Assembly: GCA_023920165.1 (NCBI GenBank)
Contig: CP089276.1
Coordinates: 2,480,001 to 2,544,000, forward strand
Direction: 5' to 3'
Length of the DNA: 64,000 bases
Origin: Curvularia clavata
Lineage: Eukaryota
Shown piece after piece: positions 37,901 through 49,601 of the stretch. Within the stretch, counting starts at the first letter, position 1. Each line of letters begins with the position of its first letter. The notes under the pieces are model-generated. The model made no database searches. It saw nothing but the letters and a program-made list of their open reading frames with translations, and was not told where the DNA came from. The position numbers and the translations under genes were made by a program.

Positions 37901-38749
37901 CACTATCTTCGTGTAAGGAATTCACTAAATATATAGTCTTCTTTGTAGTACGTTCCTCAGCCTGCTTTAGAATCTTCTTATTTTACATTAACCGCGAAAT
38001 TACTTAAGCTAATAATTACTTATTTTTATCTACTTTTTTTTAATACTCTTTACGAGTCTTATTTAATGATATCTATGATATGTTAATATATAGGTGACCT
38101 AGACGAGTGCACTCAGAGCACTTTAAATGCTTGCTGTCGACTTTAGGCATCGCGACGCACTAATAGTTATTCGCAAAACAATAATCGCAGGAGATAGGCG
38201 TAGGGAGACTGTTACGACGAATCTTAAAAGTAAGATAAAGATATTCTTTAGATCTGGGGGTAGATATTGTTAGCTAGATATAAGGAAAAGCTTAAGGATA
38301 AGCTTAAGAAAGAGGAGGATGGTATTACGAACCTAGGAGGAAGAGGCACGGTGGTTAAGTTAAGAAGCATTGACGACTAGTTGACCTAGCCATATATAAT
38401 GCGGGGGCACGCATTATATAATCTTTTTAGTAGCGTATATCTAAGGAAGGGTCTTAGTAGGCTCTTTATGTATAAGCCATAGAGGAATGCTCCTTGTATA
38501 TAAGTTACTAAGGGTTACTCGGACTTTTCTGACTAAGGGTCGCGAGTACTATAAGTATATAGGAATAGATATTGAGCTCTTATAGCTCGATGTGTTTAAC
38601 TTAAGTTACAAGTATAGTACCTATAATATAATAGTTACTGCAGAACCTTTATTTATAACACACTGTTGCTTCATCCGCGAAAACCAACCTAAGAAGGTCT
38701 TGACACCAGAAGTCTTATATTACTTCCACTCGAGATCATACTCTTAACA
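31992..38749 (+). mobile_element. Ty3/Gypsy element A2 (same LTR family as A1), full length, inserted in inverted orientation into the A1 5' LTR
   Basis: 427-bp LTRs at 31992-32418 and 38323-38749. TSD CTTAT. PPT AAGAAAGAGGAGGATGG before the 3' LTR. gag knuckle ~33260-33305, RT AYLDNILIYS ~35560, integrase ~36500-37100, chromodomain EFEVEKIL ~37590. Confidence 0.95.
37755..38267 (-). pseudogene. Antisense Zn2Cys6-like accessory gene of A2
   Basis: PISCDYCFANNY*CVAMPKVDSKHLKCSECTRLGHLYI; homologous to 11961-12475 and retains CDYC. Confidence 0.65.
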
Positions 38750-41044
38750 CTTATGTACGAGAAGCATTTCTCTGTGGCTTATATACGAGGAGCCTGCCAA
38801 GACCCTTCCTTAGACATGCGCCACCGAGGAGGTCACGTGATGCGTGCCCCCGCGTTACATATGGCTGGGTCGACTGGTCGTCGATGCTTCTTAACTTAAC
38901 CGCCGTGCCTCTTCCTCCCAGGTTTGTAACAGGTAGAGGCGTCGACTTGGTGACGACATCGTATACTCTATTCTAGACGACTTTGTCGGGCTGGAATTCG
39001 AGAACCGCATCGAGTAGAGGTTGTGTTTATTTGGCGTCGATGTTATCTAAACTAACTGCAGCATTAAGCCACAGGAGGTTATGAAAGATGGTTTTGCCTT
39101 GATACTAGAATTGTAAAAATAGAATCGCTAGAAGGGCTCGCAAAGCGGAAAGAAGATTAACGAATAAGTCCTCGTTGAATGCTTACGAATATCTATATCT
39201 TTTGTTGCACGCGTGGGTACAATCAAATCGGTCTGTATTGTGTGTGCTATCTACCATCTTCATGTAACTATGTGTATTGTATAGCTATTGCTTTTTCTTG
39301 TTGAGGCTGTGCATCCTTGCTGCCGTTACAGTGGCTTGTTGCTTCAGTTCAGCTGAATTCATTGCTTCTGCAGCCCTGCCTCGGCTGCGACATCTTTGCA
39401 TGTTGAATCGAGGGTGTTCTAACAGCTACTTGACTCTTCGCCTATCAGTTTAGATTGTATGACTTGCGATCGCGACTACGTATATGTATCTTTACAGATG
39501 CATGAGTCGCCAAAAAGTGCCATAGCGCTGTCGCGCACACAGCCGCTCACAATCCTACATAATCTAGAAAGAATAAGATAAGACTAAAAGTAATAAGAAG
39601 CAAAATATAATGCATGTTAGCGATGGCGCGAGAAGATTGCGAATATACGCGACGACACGCAGGCTTTACTTGGCACCACGTCGGTTCCCCAAGCTGTTGA
39701 TTAGTTCGTGCACTATAGCACGTTTGGAGCACTCAACATTCTATACCCACACCTCCACTTTTACTGTCATCGACTGTTGACTTTATTTATCTGCGCATTT
39801 GTGCGAATATATACAAGTATTCATATCACAAGTCCTCAATATTACTAAAAGGTATCTTGAGATCTTGAAAAATTTATAAGCTGGAAATAGAAAGAGAGAA
39901 GGTAATAATGCACGTACGGATTGTTTTGACAATACTGTTAAACGATAGCTTGTTTAGATACAGAAATAGGAATCTCAGTACATCAACGGTTAAAATATAA
40001 AACGGGCATGCTCCTTTTTTGCGCTGCCGTTAGGGTCGGATATTTCCTCATTAGGTATTACACCGGCAAGCTGGCTGAGTGAGATGTATGGACCAAAGAA
40101 ACCTGAATGAGCCCAACGCGGAGCGCCCAGAATATCCAATTTTGCAGCGCTTGCGCTCCAAGGACATTGTGCTCTTCGTACCAGCGGACAGTGCATGTCA
40201 TTTTCGTCCTTAGCTGTTGTCGCGTATGGGCAGCACCTCCACTTGCCTCAAAAAATCATCATTTCCATCGATTGATATTTGACGAAGCATAACGTGGCTG
40301 CATAGGAGCACTGCGGAAGAATAGCAATACTTGATTTGGCGTGGCATTTCGACTCAGTCCCCACCATGTTGATTGTGGGCGTTATCTGTTGTGTGTTATG
40401 GCGTCAGCGCTGCATGGCTGTACCCGGAAAAGCCTAGTGCAGGTATACCGTGGGTGAGTGGGCTTCGTCCACCCCCACTAAATTCATCGACCCTGAGCTC
40501 CACATATTCATTGTCTAAATGGCACCGCCACAATTTGTTCTTCCAGCGCGCCGTTGTTCTGCTACGCGTCACTGGTCACAGGCAATAACAGCACGGAACG
40601 GAGCGTTATCCCGCCGAATAAGAAATGTAATGCCCATGTATTCATTGATATCGATTAATGGTGGCGGAATTCGATATCGTTCCGCGACTCGTATTAACAA
40701 CTCATGTTTGTGTATTTCGCACGCGGATCGCGTACATGAAGTTTTGATGAGGTTTCAGAATGCATAAGAAGAAGGAAATGAGCGGGCTTCATGGCGCGAG
40801 TTAGGCCCTATAGACTTTCTTGCTCGGGATTCGTCGCACGGGTTTGAACGAGCGGACTTTGTCGAGCGGGATTCGCGCTTCACACAAACGAATTCCGGTC
40901 CATTGTTTACGATTGTCATGTGCACACTCCGTATAAAAGAAAAATACGTACCTGGCTGTGTTGAAGGTCCGTTACATGGGCTTATGTGTTCTACAACTTC
41001 TCTTCGCCAAACTCTTCCCCCGTGATTACCGATTGGTTAGCATC

Positions 41045-42939
41045 ATGTCCTCCGGTTCCGACAAGCCTGGCTTTCGCGCCTCTGCATCCACAGATACTAC
41101 CGGGACGCCAGATACCAGGGCAAGCGATCTGGCTAGCCACCATGTCAAGGGTCTCAAGCTGGTTGCTCTTCTTGCGAGTTTAACGCTTGTGACTTTTCTC
41201 TCTTTTCTCGACACGTCCATCATTGGCACTGTGCGTAGCATCTCCCTCACGCGCTATTAGATGATAAAAGCAAAAGCTAATATTCGTAGGCCATACCCTA
41301 CATCACTAGCGACTTCCACTCATTGGCAGATGTGGGTTGGTACATTGGTGCCTACACTCTTGGAGCGGCAACTCTGCAGCCGCTGTCCGGCAAGCTTTAC
41401 ACGCTCTTCCCTACGAAACTCGTATTCCTCTCGTTCGTCTTCGTCTTTGAAGTCGGCTCTTTGATCTGTGGTATAGCTCCTTCGTCAGCAGTGTTTATTG
41501 TAGGTAGAGCTATTGCTGGATTAGGGGTGAGCGGCATATTCAATGGCGCCCTCACCATCGTCGTGGCGAGTGTGGAGAAGAGCAAAAGCCCCATGTACAC
41601 TGGTATCCTATTCGGCGTTTCGCAGATGGGAATGGTGGCTGGGCCTCTGATCGGAGGGGGGCTGACGGAAAACGCTATATGGCGATGGTGTAAGTTTCCT
41701 ATCCGTGCTAACTTCTCAGGTTGGCTAGATACTAACATCTTTATAGGCTTCTACCTCAACCTTCCTGCGGGAAGCGTGGCAGCTTTCTTTCTGATTTTCA
41801 TCAACTTTCCTGAGGTTATCAAGAAAGAGCCAATTTCTCTCGCTCTCATACATAAGGTCGCTCCTCAGTTGGACCTTTTCGGCTTCTTGCTCTTCGTACC
41901 GCCCTCGATTATGTTCATACTCGCTCTGCAATTTGGCTCTGGAAATACGTTTGCCTGGGACAGTGCTACTGTTATTGGCTGTCTGATTGGATCCGGTGTG
42001 CTCTTTGTCATCTTCATCATATGGGAGGGGAGGATGGGCGATCGAGCTATGATCCCGGGCTACCTTCTCAGGAATCGTATCGTGTGTATGAGCTTTGCTT
42101 TCGGCATGTGCAACGCCATTTGCATGCTAGTGGCGAGCAACTTCCTTCCGACTTACTTTCAGGCTGTCAAGGGTGAGGGCCCGTCTTTGAGTGGTATCCA
42201 TGTACTGCCCAGCATTTTGAGTCAATTGCTACTCATTATGAGCACCGGAGCGCTTGGTGAGTTCGACCATCGAAGCTCTGCGATGTAGTCGCTAACAACA
42301 CGCAGTATCAAAGTTGGGTTACTATCTTCCCTGGGCACTTGGCGGCAGCGTCATCTTGGCAGTCGGCAATGGTCTCGTTTCTACATTCTTGCCAACGACA
42401 AGTATTGGGCAGTGGGTTGGCTACCAGATCGTCATGGGAGTGGGCCGCGGTGTCATATTGCAGATAGTGAGTACTCCGAACACAAGATACGGGAAGTTGA
42501 ATCAACTGACCTATCGTAGCCTCTCATCGCGGTCCAGAATGCAGTCACGCCTCCCCAGATTGCTGTCGCTATGGCGATTCTCGTCTTTCTGCAGAACTTC
42601 GGCGTGTCGATTGGCATCACTATAAGCAATGCTGTCTTTGCGCAAACGCTCGTTAAAGCCATTCGCCAGAATGCTCCATCAATTTCTCCACAAGCTGCAT
42701 TGAACGCTGGTTCTGGCGCTGGTGCAGTTCGTGACTTGGTGATTGGCCATGAAGAAGAGCTCAATGGCGTATTGCTGGCATACTCAGAAAGCTTGCGCAA
42801 CGTCTTCTACATCTTAGTTGGTTTCTCATGTGCAGCAGTCGTCTTGAGTCTGGGAATGGGTTGGGTCGATGTGCGGAAGAAACAGACACCAAAGCCAGCT
42901 CAAGATGTGGAGATGAAGACAGAGAAGCTTGAAGGATAA
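41045..42939 (+). CDS. MFS efflux transporter (14-TMS DHA2 / toxin-efflux type), four introns
   Basis: FLSFLDTSIIGT|AIPYITSDFHSLADVGWYIGAY, QPLSGKLY, FEVGSLICG, GRAIAGLG, GPLIGGGLT, WRW|CFYLNLP. Canonical introns at about 41231, 41690, 42257 and 42467. Confidence 0.92.
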
Positions 42940-43595
42940 GGGCAAATTGAAGTGCTTTGAAGCAGGCGAATACCCAATGATCAGGCTCCCCATCAGTCAT
43001 ATCAAAGACATCCCTTTCTCACAGTAGCTTGCAACTTTCTGTCAAACCAGAAATTACATTTCTTACTAAAGAATGTCACTCCTTTCACTATCCCGCAATT
43101 TTGTAGTTTATTAATTGAGACATCCTAGTGACGGTTGACTTCATTTTTCATGTGTGACCAACGTCCAGGGTACCAGGTCTCGTTTCTTCGGCTTTCCTTT
43201 GCTTTCGACAAACCCCCGTCTGCTCCATTGACCTATAGGCACAATAAACATAAGTCATGTATCTATCGAATACACCGTAATAGTTGCTCAACTAGCAGGG
43301 CTCTCTTAGCACCAATATCTGTGATGCCTAGCCTTACTCATTGCTATGTTCAGATCAGGTTTTAAGCAAGGGTGTTGGATTAAAATTACCCAACGTCATC
43401 TTGCGTTACGTCATATATGATACAAAAGACCAAAATGACGGCAAAAAATCAACTATAGTCTCCAGTTTTGAATACTCAGAAGAAATCCCATTTCATTTTC
43501 TTTCAGACCCCATCAACAGCTATGATACTGTTGGCAATAATGTACTTTGATAAAAACACATGCTTCCCTACGACACTTTTAATACGTGCCGGTAA

Positions 43596-45526
43596 CTACA
43601 GGTAAAACGGAGGATTCGACCAGAAATCGTCCGAGAAGTCCTCAAACGGAAGATCCAGCGATTCAGTAAAGCCTTGCATGGTGGTGTCTTCACCGTTATG
43701 AATGTCAGAGTTCTGTGCCTGCGAATTTGGCGGTGCTGACTCCCTGACCGACTTTGCTGCAATGGCAAAAACGCTGTGCTCGCCTAGTTCCTCCACTATG
43801 TTTGCATCGACTCTTTCGGCCCCTACAGCACAGAGCTCCAATATCTCAACAATGTTCACTGTCTGGCGTACTATTGATGGGTCCCAACTAGTTTCTGTTA
43901 GTGTCAAGAGCTTGTGCAGATTTCTTAGACTGTGCGTAAAGACAACACTCGTGGGCGTCGTGATATTGATGAAGTCGAATTCGAGGTATTGCTGCGTACA
44001 TTGGTTGCATAGATGTAGGAAGGCCATCAGATATTCGGCTCGCCTCTGATCGAACATTTGACTGCTTGGGGTGGGTTGAGGTGAGGTATGTAGGATGAGA
44101 AGCTCATAGATACTTATTCGAGCAGTAGACGTGAATGCGACGATACTGGCTTAGACACATTTTTTAGTTCACCTGTCTTCATGATACAGCAAAACCCTTA
44201 CAATGCTGAGACACCTCCCTTGGAAATGTCTTAGTAAGCTGGTCAAGTGAGAATAGCAAGGGCGCAATGTGCAACGCGGCGTGCGTGCCATTGTTTTCGT
44301 TGAGATGCAGGCTGATGTCGGCTGCTTGCAGAATAATCCTCGAAATACGAGCCATGGCCACGAGAAGTTGATCCCCTTCTGTCTCAGCGCCTGTGGCCAA
44401 CTGGGAACAATCCTGTTCGAGTTGTGGTGACCACGGCATTATGTCGTATTTGAATGTTGTTGAAATGCTGCAAAAGGTTAACTATTAAATCGACAGCTGG
44501 TTGTCATCCCGCTAATACTCATAGATGTCAGGAGACTGGGTGGAGGCAAATATACGTTGTACTAAGCGCGAAACATGCTATAAAAGCGCGACGTGATGTA
44601 CTTGAACGAACGGTCTGGTCTTCCCTATAAGAGCCAACAGCCGGGCACCACGACGAATTTTGGGGCTGGTCGAGGCGGAGGTCACTGACAAGTGACCTTG
44701 ACAATGCCGCTAGCATACCAACGAATTGTTTGCCCAAGGTAAAATATATGGACCTAATGGGATCAACGATGAACTTCCAATGATGAAGGTGGCTTACCAA
44801 GTCATGCAAGTCAGTACGCTAAGAAGCAGATCAAGACTCTTCTCCCCATCGACCATCATCTTCAGTGCTATTATTTCGCGCAGTCTTTTGCTTAGTACAG
44901 TCTGCGTGGAGTATGCTTTGTTGGAAATGGTTTTGATGGCTAGGGATAAAAGTGGCTTTTCGTTTTCGAGTTGTCTCGCTGAGAGGTTCGGAGGTAGGTG
45001 TACCAGCGGGAAGTGTGGCAAATGGAGCCAACGAAATTTCTCCAGTTCCTCCTCGGTGAGATGCTGGTCGCGTACGGCCTCGATGCCATCTGATTGGAAA
45101 GTGAAGTCAAGGGACCGGAATGTGACAGCCTGGAATGGTATAGCATCTTGCTGAGGAGTTACATGCCGTGTGCGGAGTATGGACACCAGATCGTCAAGTT
45201 TGTCTTCCAACTGACTCCTCTTCGATGCTTTGGTATTCCTGGAACTTTTCCTGCGTACACCAGACGAGGGGGTACACTCTTTGTTTAGTCGATGACATCT
45301 AGAATTTTGTCAGCCAAGGACGCAGTGATCTATCTCTTTTTACTTTCGCATTATAGCCCCAGAACTATAGCCTGGACATTGCAATTCTTGCGTTCAAAAT
45401 CGACTTATGCAGGCATTTTACTGACCTTTCACAAGTGCCTCCATCGAGCAGCATGCATCGGGATTTGGCTCTGACGCAGTGCGCGCAGGCTTGTCCGTAT
45501 GGCGCAGGTATCTTGGTGCTTTCCAT
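43596..45526 (-). CDS. Zn(II)2Cys6 transcription factor, spliced
   Basis: ATG 45526 MESTKIPAPYGQACAHCVRAKSRCMLLDGGTCER|CHRLNKEC, then LEDKLDDLVSIL, PHFPLVHLP and KSLDLLLSVL; acidic aromatic C-terminus DFSDDFWSNPPFYL. Confidence 0.88.
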
Positions 45527-46584
45527 GGCGGCCACTTTCTAGAGTCTATTCGGAAGTCGATGAAATTGGTGTAGCGAGCGATTCTGCAACCTCCAATGTC
45601 TGCATTGTATGAGGTGTACGGTAAGCGGCCCCACTCAGGCTCCCTAACTATGTATGAATTGTCACCTGTTGCCCCTGGCGCATGCAGGTATGACAGGGGT
45701 GCCGCCTCCAGATCCGTTCTTCCAGCCGAAATCCGGCGGCGCAAGCTGGCAGAAATATGCACTGTGATTTGCTTCAACATCTTTGGGGTATTTGGCTCGA
45801 ACCCTATTATCCTAAGCAATATGAGGTGGCGAAAGAGGCCTAATTCGCGCCAAATAGGTTCAGCACTAGAGCCAACTTAACTCTAATATAATCTTAAGTT
45901 CACTCTAATTTACTACTGTTACTTACTAAAAGCAGGATTAACTACTAGTTATCTGCTTTACTATTTTGGCACATCTTTCGCTTTCTCTTTAAGGTAATGT
46001 TAGCACATATTACCTTTTAGGGATGAAGACTTTCTTATAATTTACTTGTTATCTATGACATCGACTGTCTTGCTTTGGCATGAATACGTAGAAATGGCAT
46101 GACACGCGCTGCTTAACTGGGTCCGCGTTTAATTACATGGTCACTCGCCTGACACTAGCTGACAGCCAGGTAAGGCAATACGCGCAAGGTAGATCAAACA
46201 GTACTACGCTATAGAAGAAAGGGGTAACTATCAGCGTACATGGCAGTCAGGTGGCGATATTTGTCGCGCTATAGTCGGCGTTGAGAATATCGAAGCGCCC
46301 CTAATTCTTGTGCAAAGCTCCGGAAACTCACACACGTGCAGCAACTAGGACAGCCTCCAGGTTAATGTATTTCAAGACTAATTGAGTGTGAAACATCGCA
46401 TATTGCTATGTTGCTAGAGACCATGCCTTCTAACCCAAAAACTCATCGTCGAAAAGGCCGTTTGCTAATGCTCTTGCCTACGGAGGCCACCGCAAAACTC
46501 TTTGAAGTTTCTGATTGGGCTATCAAATTAGCAACGGAGGCGGGAGTAATTCTCCTCCTTTGGCTCGCGCCCACCCACGGCCAA

Positions 46585-47315
46585 CTACTCTGTGAGGCCA
46601 ATACATTCAAAAGCCTGTTCTCTCAATGTTTGATCGCCCTCAAGAAAAGCGTTAACGTAGGTCTTGTAGTTTCCGGTCAGTCGGCTCTTATCGAAGACGC
46701 CGTTTTCGGTGCAGAATTCCAATATGTAGCTGAGCCAATTCATCCAATACCCCCCGTACGTATTCTGATCTTTTTTTGCGAGCAAAAGCAGTGCCTGAAC
46801 TAGCTGAGAGACGGTTGGGACGCGCACTGGATCCAGATCCTGCTGGAATCGCCCTCTTCTCCCTAGGATGTCTGGTCCGGGTAGTTGATTGGGATCAGAT
46901 GCTAGAATGATGCTCTCGCCGTCCACGTTTGATAGGGTTGGAAATCGCCATAGAATGTCGGATCTTCTGTACAGACCCAGCCGTTCGAATTCGGTGATGT
47001 GGAGATGGGTATGAGGGGTTGGGGCATAGGACAGTCTCCTGTTGCCGATACAACTTTCCGACTCGCACTTTTTGAAGCGCGCACCTTGAAGAGTGTCATA
47101 GGCAGCGTCCATGAAATCATCATCAACAACGAAGTCGATGCCCTGGAAAATATGTTAGAATTGGTCAGCTCAGATTGACACTGGGTACGTACGTTGACTA
47201 CAGTGGGAATGCCAAAGATAGTCAACATGTAATTACCCCAGAGGACGTAGGGAATCTTAGCAGCATCGAGTCTCGCAGCTGCCGATGCAACGAGTCTGTC
47301 GTCGAGAGGTGGCAA
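46585..47315 (-). CDS. Hypothetical protein, possible nucleotidyltransferase-like N-terminus; start unresolved
   Basis: Two ORFs joined by an intron (~47144-47192): LDAAKIPYVLWGNYMLTIFGIPTVVN|GIDFVVDDDFMDAAYDTL. No in-frame ATG found upstream of the TTG. Confidence 0.55.
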
Positions 47316-47857
47316 CTCAGAACCGTCTTGACCCTTACTGACGCCTTCAGCGATCGTGAGAGTCTTTGAAATAGCTGAGCAGTGAGCAGTGATGCAGTCC
47401 AGGTTGCTTGGAACTTTGCCGGTGGAAAGTGTTTATGCTCTTGGTGAAAGAACGGCGACTGGCAATTAAGCGCTGGCTCCACAAACGGCGCTATCGGGCA
47501 TGGTCAGTACATAAGCATGATTTTACAAGTAACAGATGCAGGATTCTCACCCTTGATGCTGACCACGAGTGGTCGCAAACTCGTACAAGGATGTCAGCAG
47601 GTAATGCGCTCACCATAGGGCAAAGTCACGTGACTGTTTTCCCACCAAAAGCTAACATCCCACCAAAAAAAGGATGCTAATAGGATATAGAATGCTATAT
47701 CCTCCCAAACCTCCCTGCACGAGATTATATAATAGGAGGCTAGAGAGGACAGGTCTAGAGGCAAAAGGTATAAGAATAGAACGGATTTCATTATCATACT
47801 TGTTATAGTCAACTCATTATATTATAACTATTAGACTTGTGAATTTGAAAATGACTA

Positions 47858-49006
47858 TTAGACGACCAGTGTTTCCCCAATGTCACACAACCCCACATCC
47901 ACACCCCATTGCAGCCCCTCTGTCTCTGCACTTTTCCGCCAGCGTTCAGGCGGCTCGGTGACAGGTTCGTAGTTGGCCGAGTAGGCGCCTCGAAACGTCC
48001 CATAATGCATGCCTACACTCCTCTTACTCTGCACATCCTTGTGTATTGCGATTGAGTCATCGGGACTGGAATGTTGTCCCGACAGCACGGAGCGCGGCTT
48101 AAAGCACCCCACTGGCAGCAGCGCGAGGTCAAAAGGGCCATACAAGTTGCCTATATCTTTAAAAGCAGGGCAGGGTGGTTGTTCGGCGTTATGATGGGAG
48201 TACTGCTCGTCAGAGGCGACGTAGCAATATCCTGTATCGCCTGCGAAGTATAGCTTCTTGCCGCCGGATTGCGGCTCTCGCACAATCCAGCTACACCAAA
48301 GCGTTGAGTACAAACTCCACGGCGAGCGTCCAGACTGGTGCTGAGCAGGAGTACAGATCAAATCTATGCTGCCGACGTCTTCAACCGATACGGTTACACC
48401 GTCCCACCAGTCCATTTCTTCGACCTGATTGGCCTTGATGCCTATCCCCAGTCCAGTCAGGACAGACTTGACGCCCAGGCCGCAGAAGAAGCGCAGGTTG
48501 CCATTTTGCTTCTCGTTGAGCTTCTTCAGCGTGTCTGAGTCGAGGTGGTCGTAGTGGTCGTGGCTTATGCATACGGCGTCGATGTCAGGTAACTCGTCGA
48601 TAGTGCACGGCGGTGGTGTAAAGCGTAACGGCCCAACCATGCCATAAGGCCCCACGCGTGTACTCCAAACTGGGTCAAGCAATATCCTGATTCCTCTTTG
48701 ACTCGTACTGGAGGCTGTTGTTTCTATTAGAAAACTAGCGTGTCCTATCCATGTGGCCTTGAACCCTTTCTTCGGGTGGTTAAAATCTGGTTTGCGCACT
48801 TGGACCAGGCCTGCGCGGTCGGTAGGGACGGGAACAAAGTTTTTTGGTGTGTTGAGTCGTGTGCGCATGGCAGATAGTATGCCGTTGTTTTTGTATGAAG
48901 GCCATGGGTTCTTGAATGCGCTAGGCGGACTGCCTATATGGTGGGCTGTTGTGTATGCATCTGGTGTACGGGGCGCGAGCGCTGCTACGGTGGATGCTGG
49001 AGACAT
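47858..49006 (-). CDS. Metallo-beta-lactamase-fold hydrolase, NAPE-PLD/Fmp30-like
   Basis: FKNPW, TWIGHASFLI, ILLDPVWS, ISHDHYDHLD, TPAQHQSGR, YFAGDTGY, GMHYGTF. Confidence 0.9.
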   Translation of the reverse strand: MSPASTVAALAPRTPDAYTTAHHIGSPPSAFKNPWPSYKNNGILSAMRTRLNTPKNFVPVPTDRAGLVQVRKPDFNHPKKGFKATWIGHASFLIETTASSTSQRGIRILLDPVWSTRVGPYGMVGPLRFTPPPCTIDELPDIDAVCISHDHYDHLDSDTLKKLNEKQNGNLRFFCGLGVKSVLTGLGIGIKANQVEEMDWWDGVTVSVEDVGSIDLICTPAQHQSGRSPWSLYSTLWCSWIVREPQSGGKKLYFAGDTGYCYVASDEQYSHHNAEQPPCPAFKDIGNLYGPFDLALLPVGCFKPRSVLSGQHSSPDDSIAIHKDVQSKRSVGMHYGTFRGAYSANYEPVTEPPERWRKSAETEGLQWGVDVGLCDIGETLVV

Positions 49007-49601
49007 TGTTGGCGCTCTACTGTTTCCGAAGAGCAGACCGCGTACAGGAATAAGGCAAGCTGAGTGCGCATGGTTATGTTGCTGCAAGTGATGACGTTAT
49101 GGTGGTGAATAAACGGAGGTGGAACACGGAGATAACCCATCGGCGACAGAGTTGAGCCGTCGAGCCGTCGAAGCGCCCCGGGCCAGACCTTCTAGAACAG
49201 CAACATTATGCTCGGTGCAGTGACATACTTGTTTGCCATCTTGAGTCTTTTAGCCCCGGAGAAGACATCGGGTAGGGACAAGCATTCACAGCGTGGCTTA
49301 GGGCCTCTTTTGTTATCGTCCAATAGCGTCAACACGTGAGCGCGTCTAGCTTACACGCAGGTACTGCCCACCCATCGCACATCGCCGGTGCCGGGCTCGC
49401 ACTACGATCCGCGGATATGGACCTTCTCAAACAGGAAAAGACCGACCATTGAGCCGCAGTGCAGGATTTCGCCGTGGCCAGAAATTTTGTTTACTTTAAT
49501 AGTCCCTGGCTTCTTCCCATATGTATCTACTTTGCTGCTCAGGTTCCGTCTCCTTCTGACCTGGATATTGTTCATCGTTCATTTCTGTCAACGTTGCCAA
49601 C

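Larger units (their letters stand above)
11478..38931 (-). mobile_element. Ty3/Gypsy chromovirus-type LTR retrotransposon A1, RIP-inactivated, hosting four nested insertions
   Basis: TSD GGTAG at 11473-11477 and 38932-38936. 3' LTR 11478-11905. 5' LTR 31741-31991 plus 38755-38931, split by A2. Minus-strand gag with CCHC knuckle (~30590-30630), [12 protein letters not shown] (~28300), integrase (19612-19943) and chromodomain (~12520-12660). Confidence 0.93.
10771..39263 (-). pseudogene. Fungal-specific protein kinase (FunK1 / Pkinase_fungal) N-terminal half, split by retroelement A1 (pieces ~39263-38932 and 11477-10771)
   Basis: Minus-strand translation gives WSHILIPRELKSN...ASKA*LDLSRYVKEVL...FVLGFTPCRSLIRLWTFDHLGGIASKQFDIYKDRLQFVSAVL, matching the FunK1 pattern. 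The coding-like sequence continues across the GGTAG duplication. The catalytic part is absent. Confidence 0.8.

Noticed and set aside
5000..39300. Intact Starship element
   Set aside because: No DUF3435 captain-like frame or terminal repeats recognised; kept only as a hypothesis for the relic genes.
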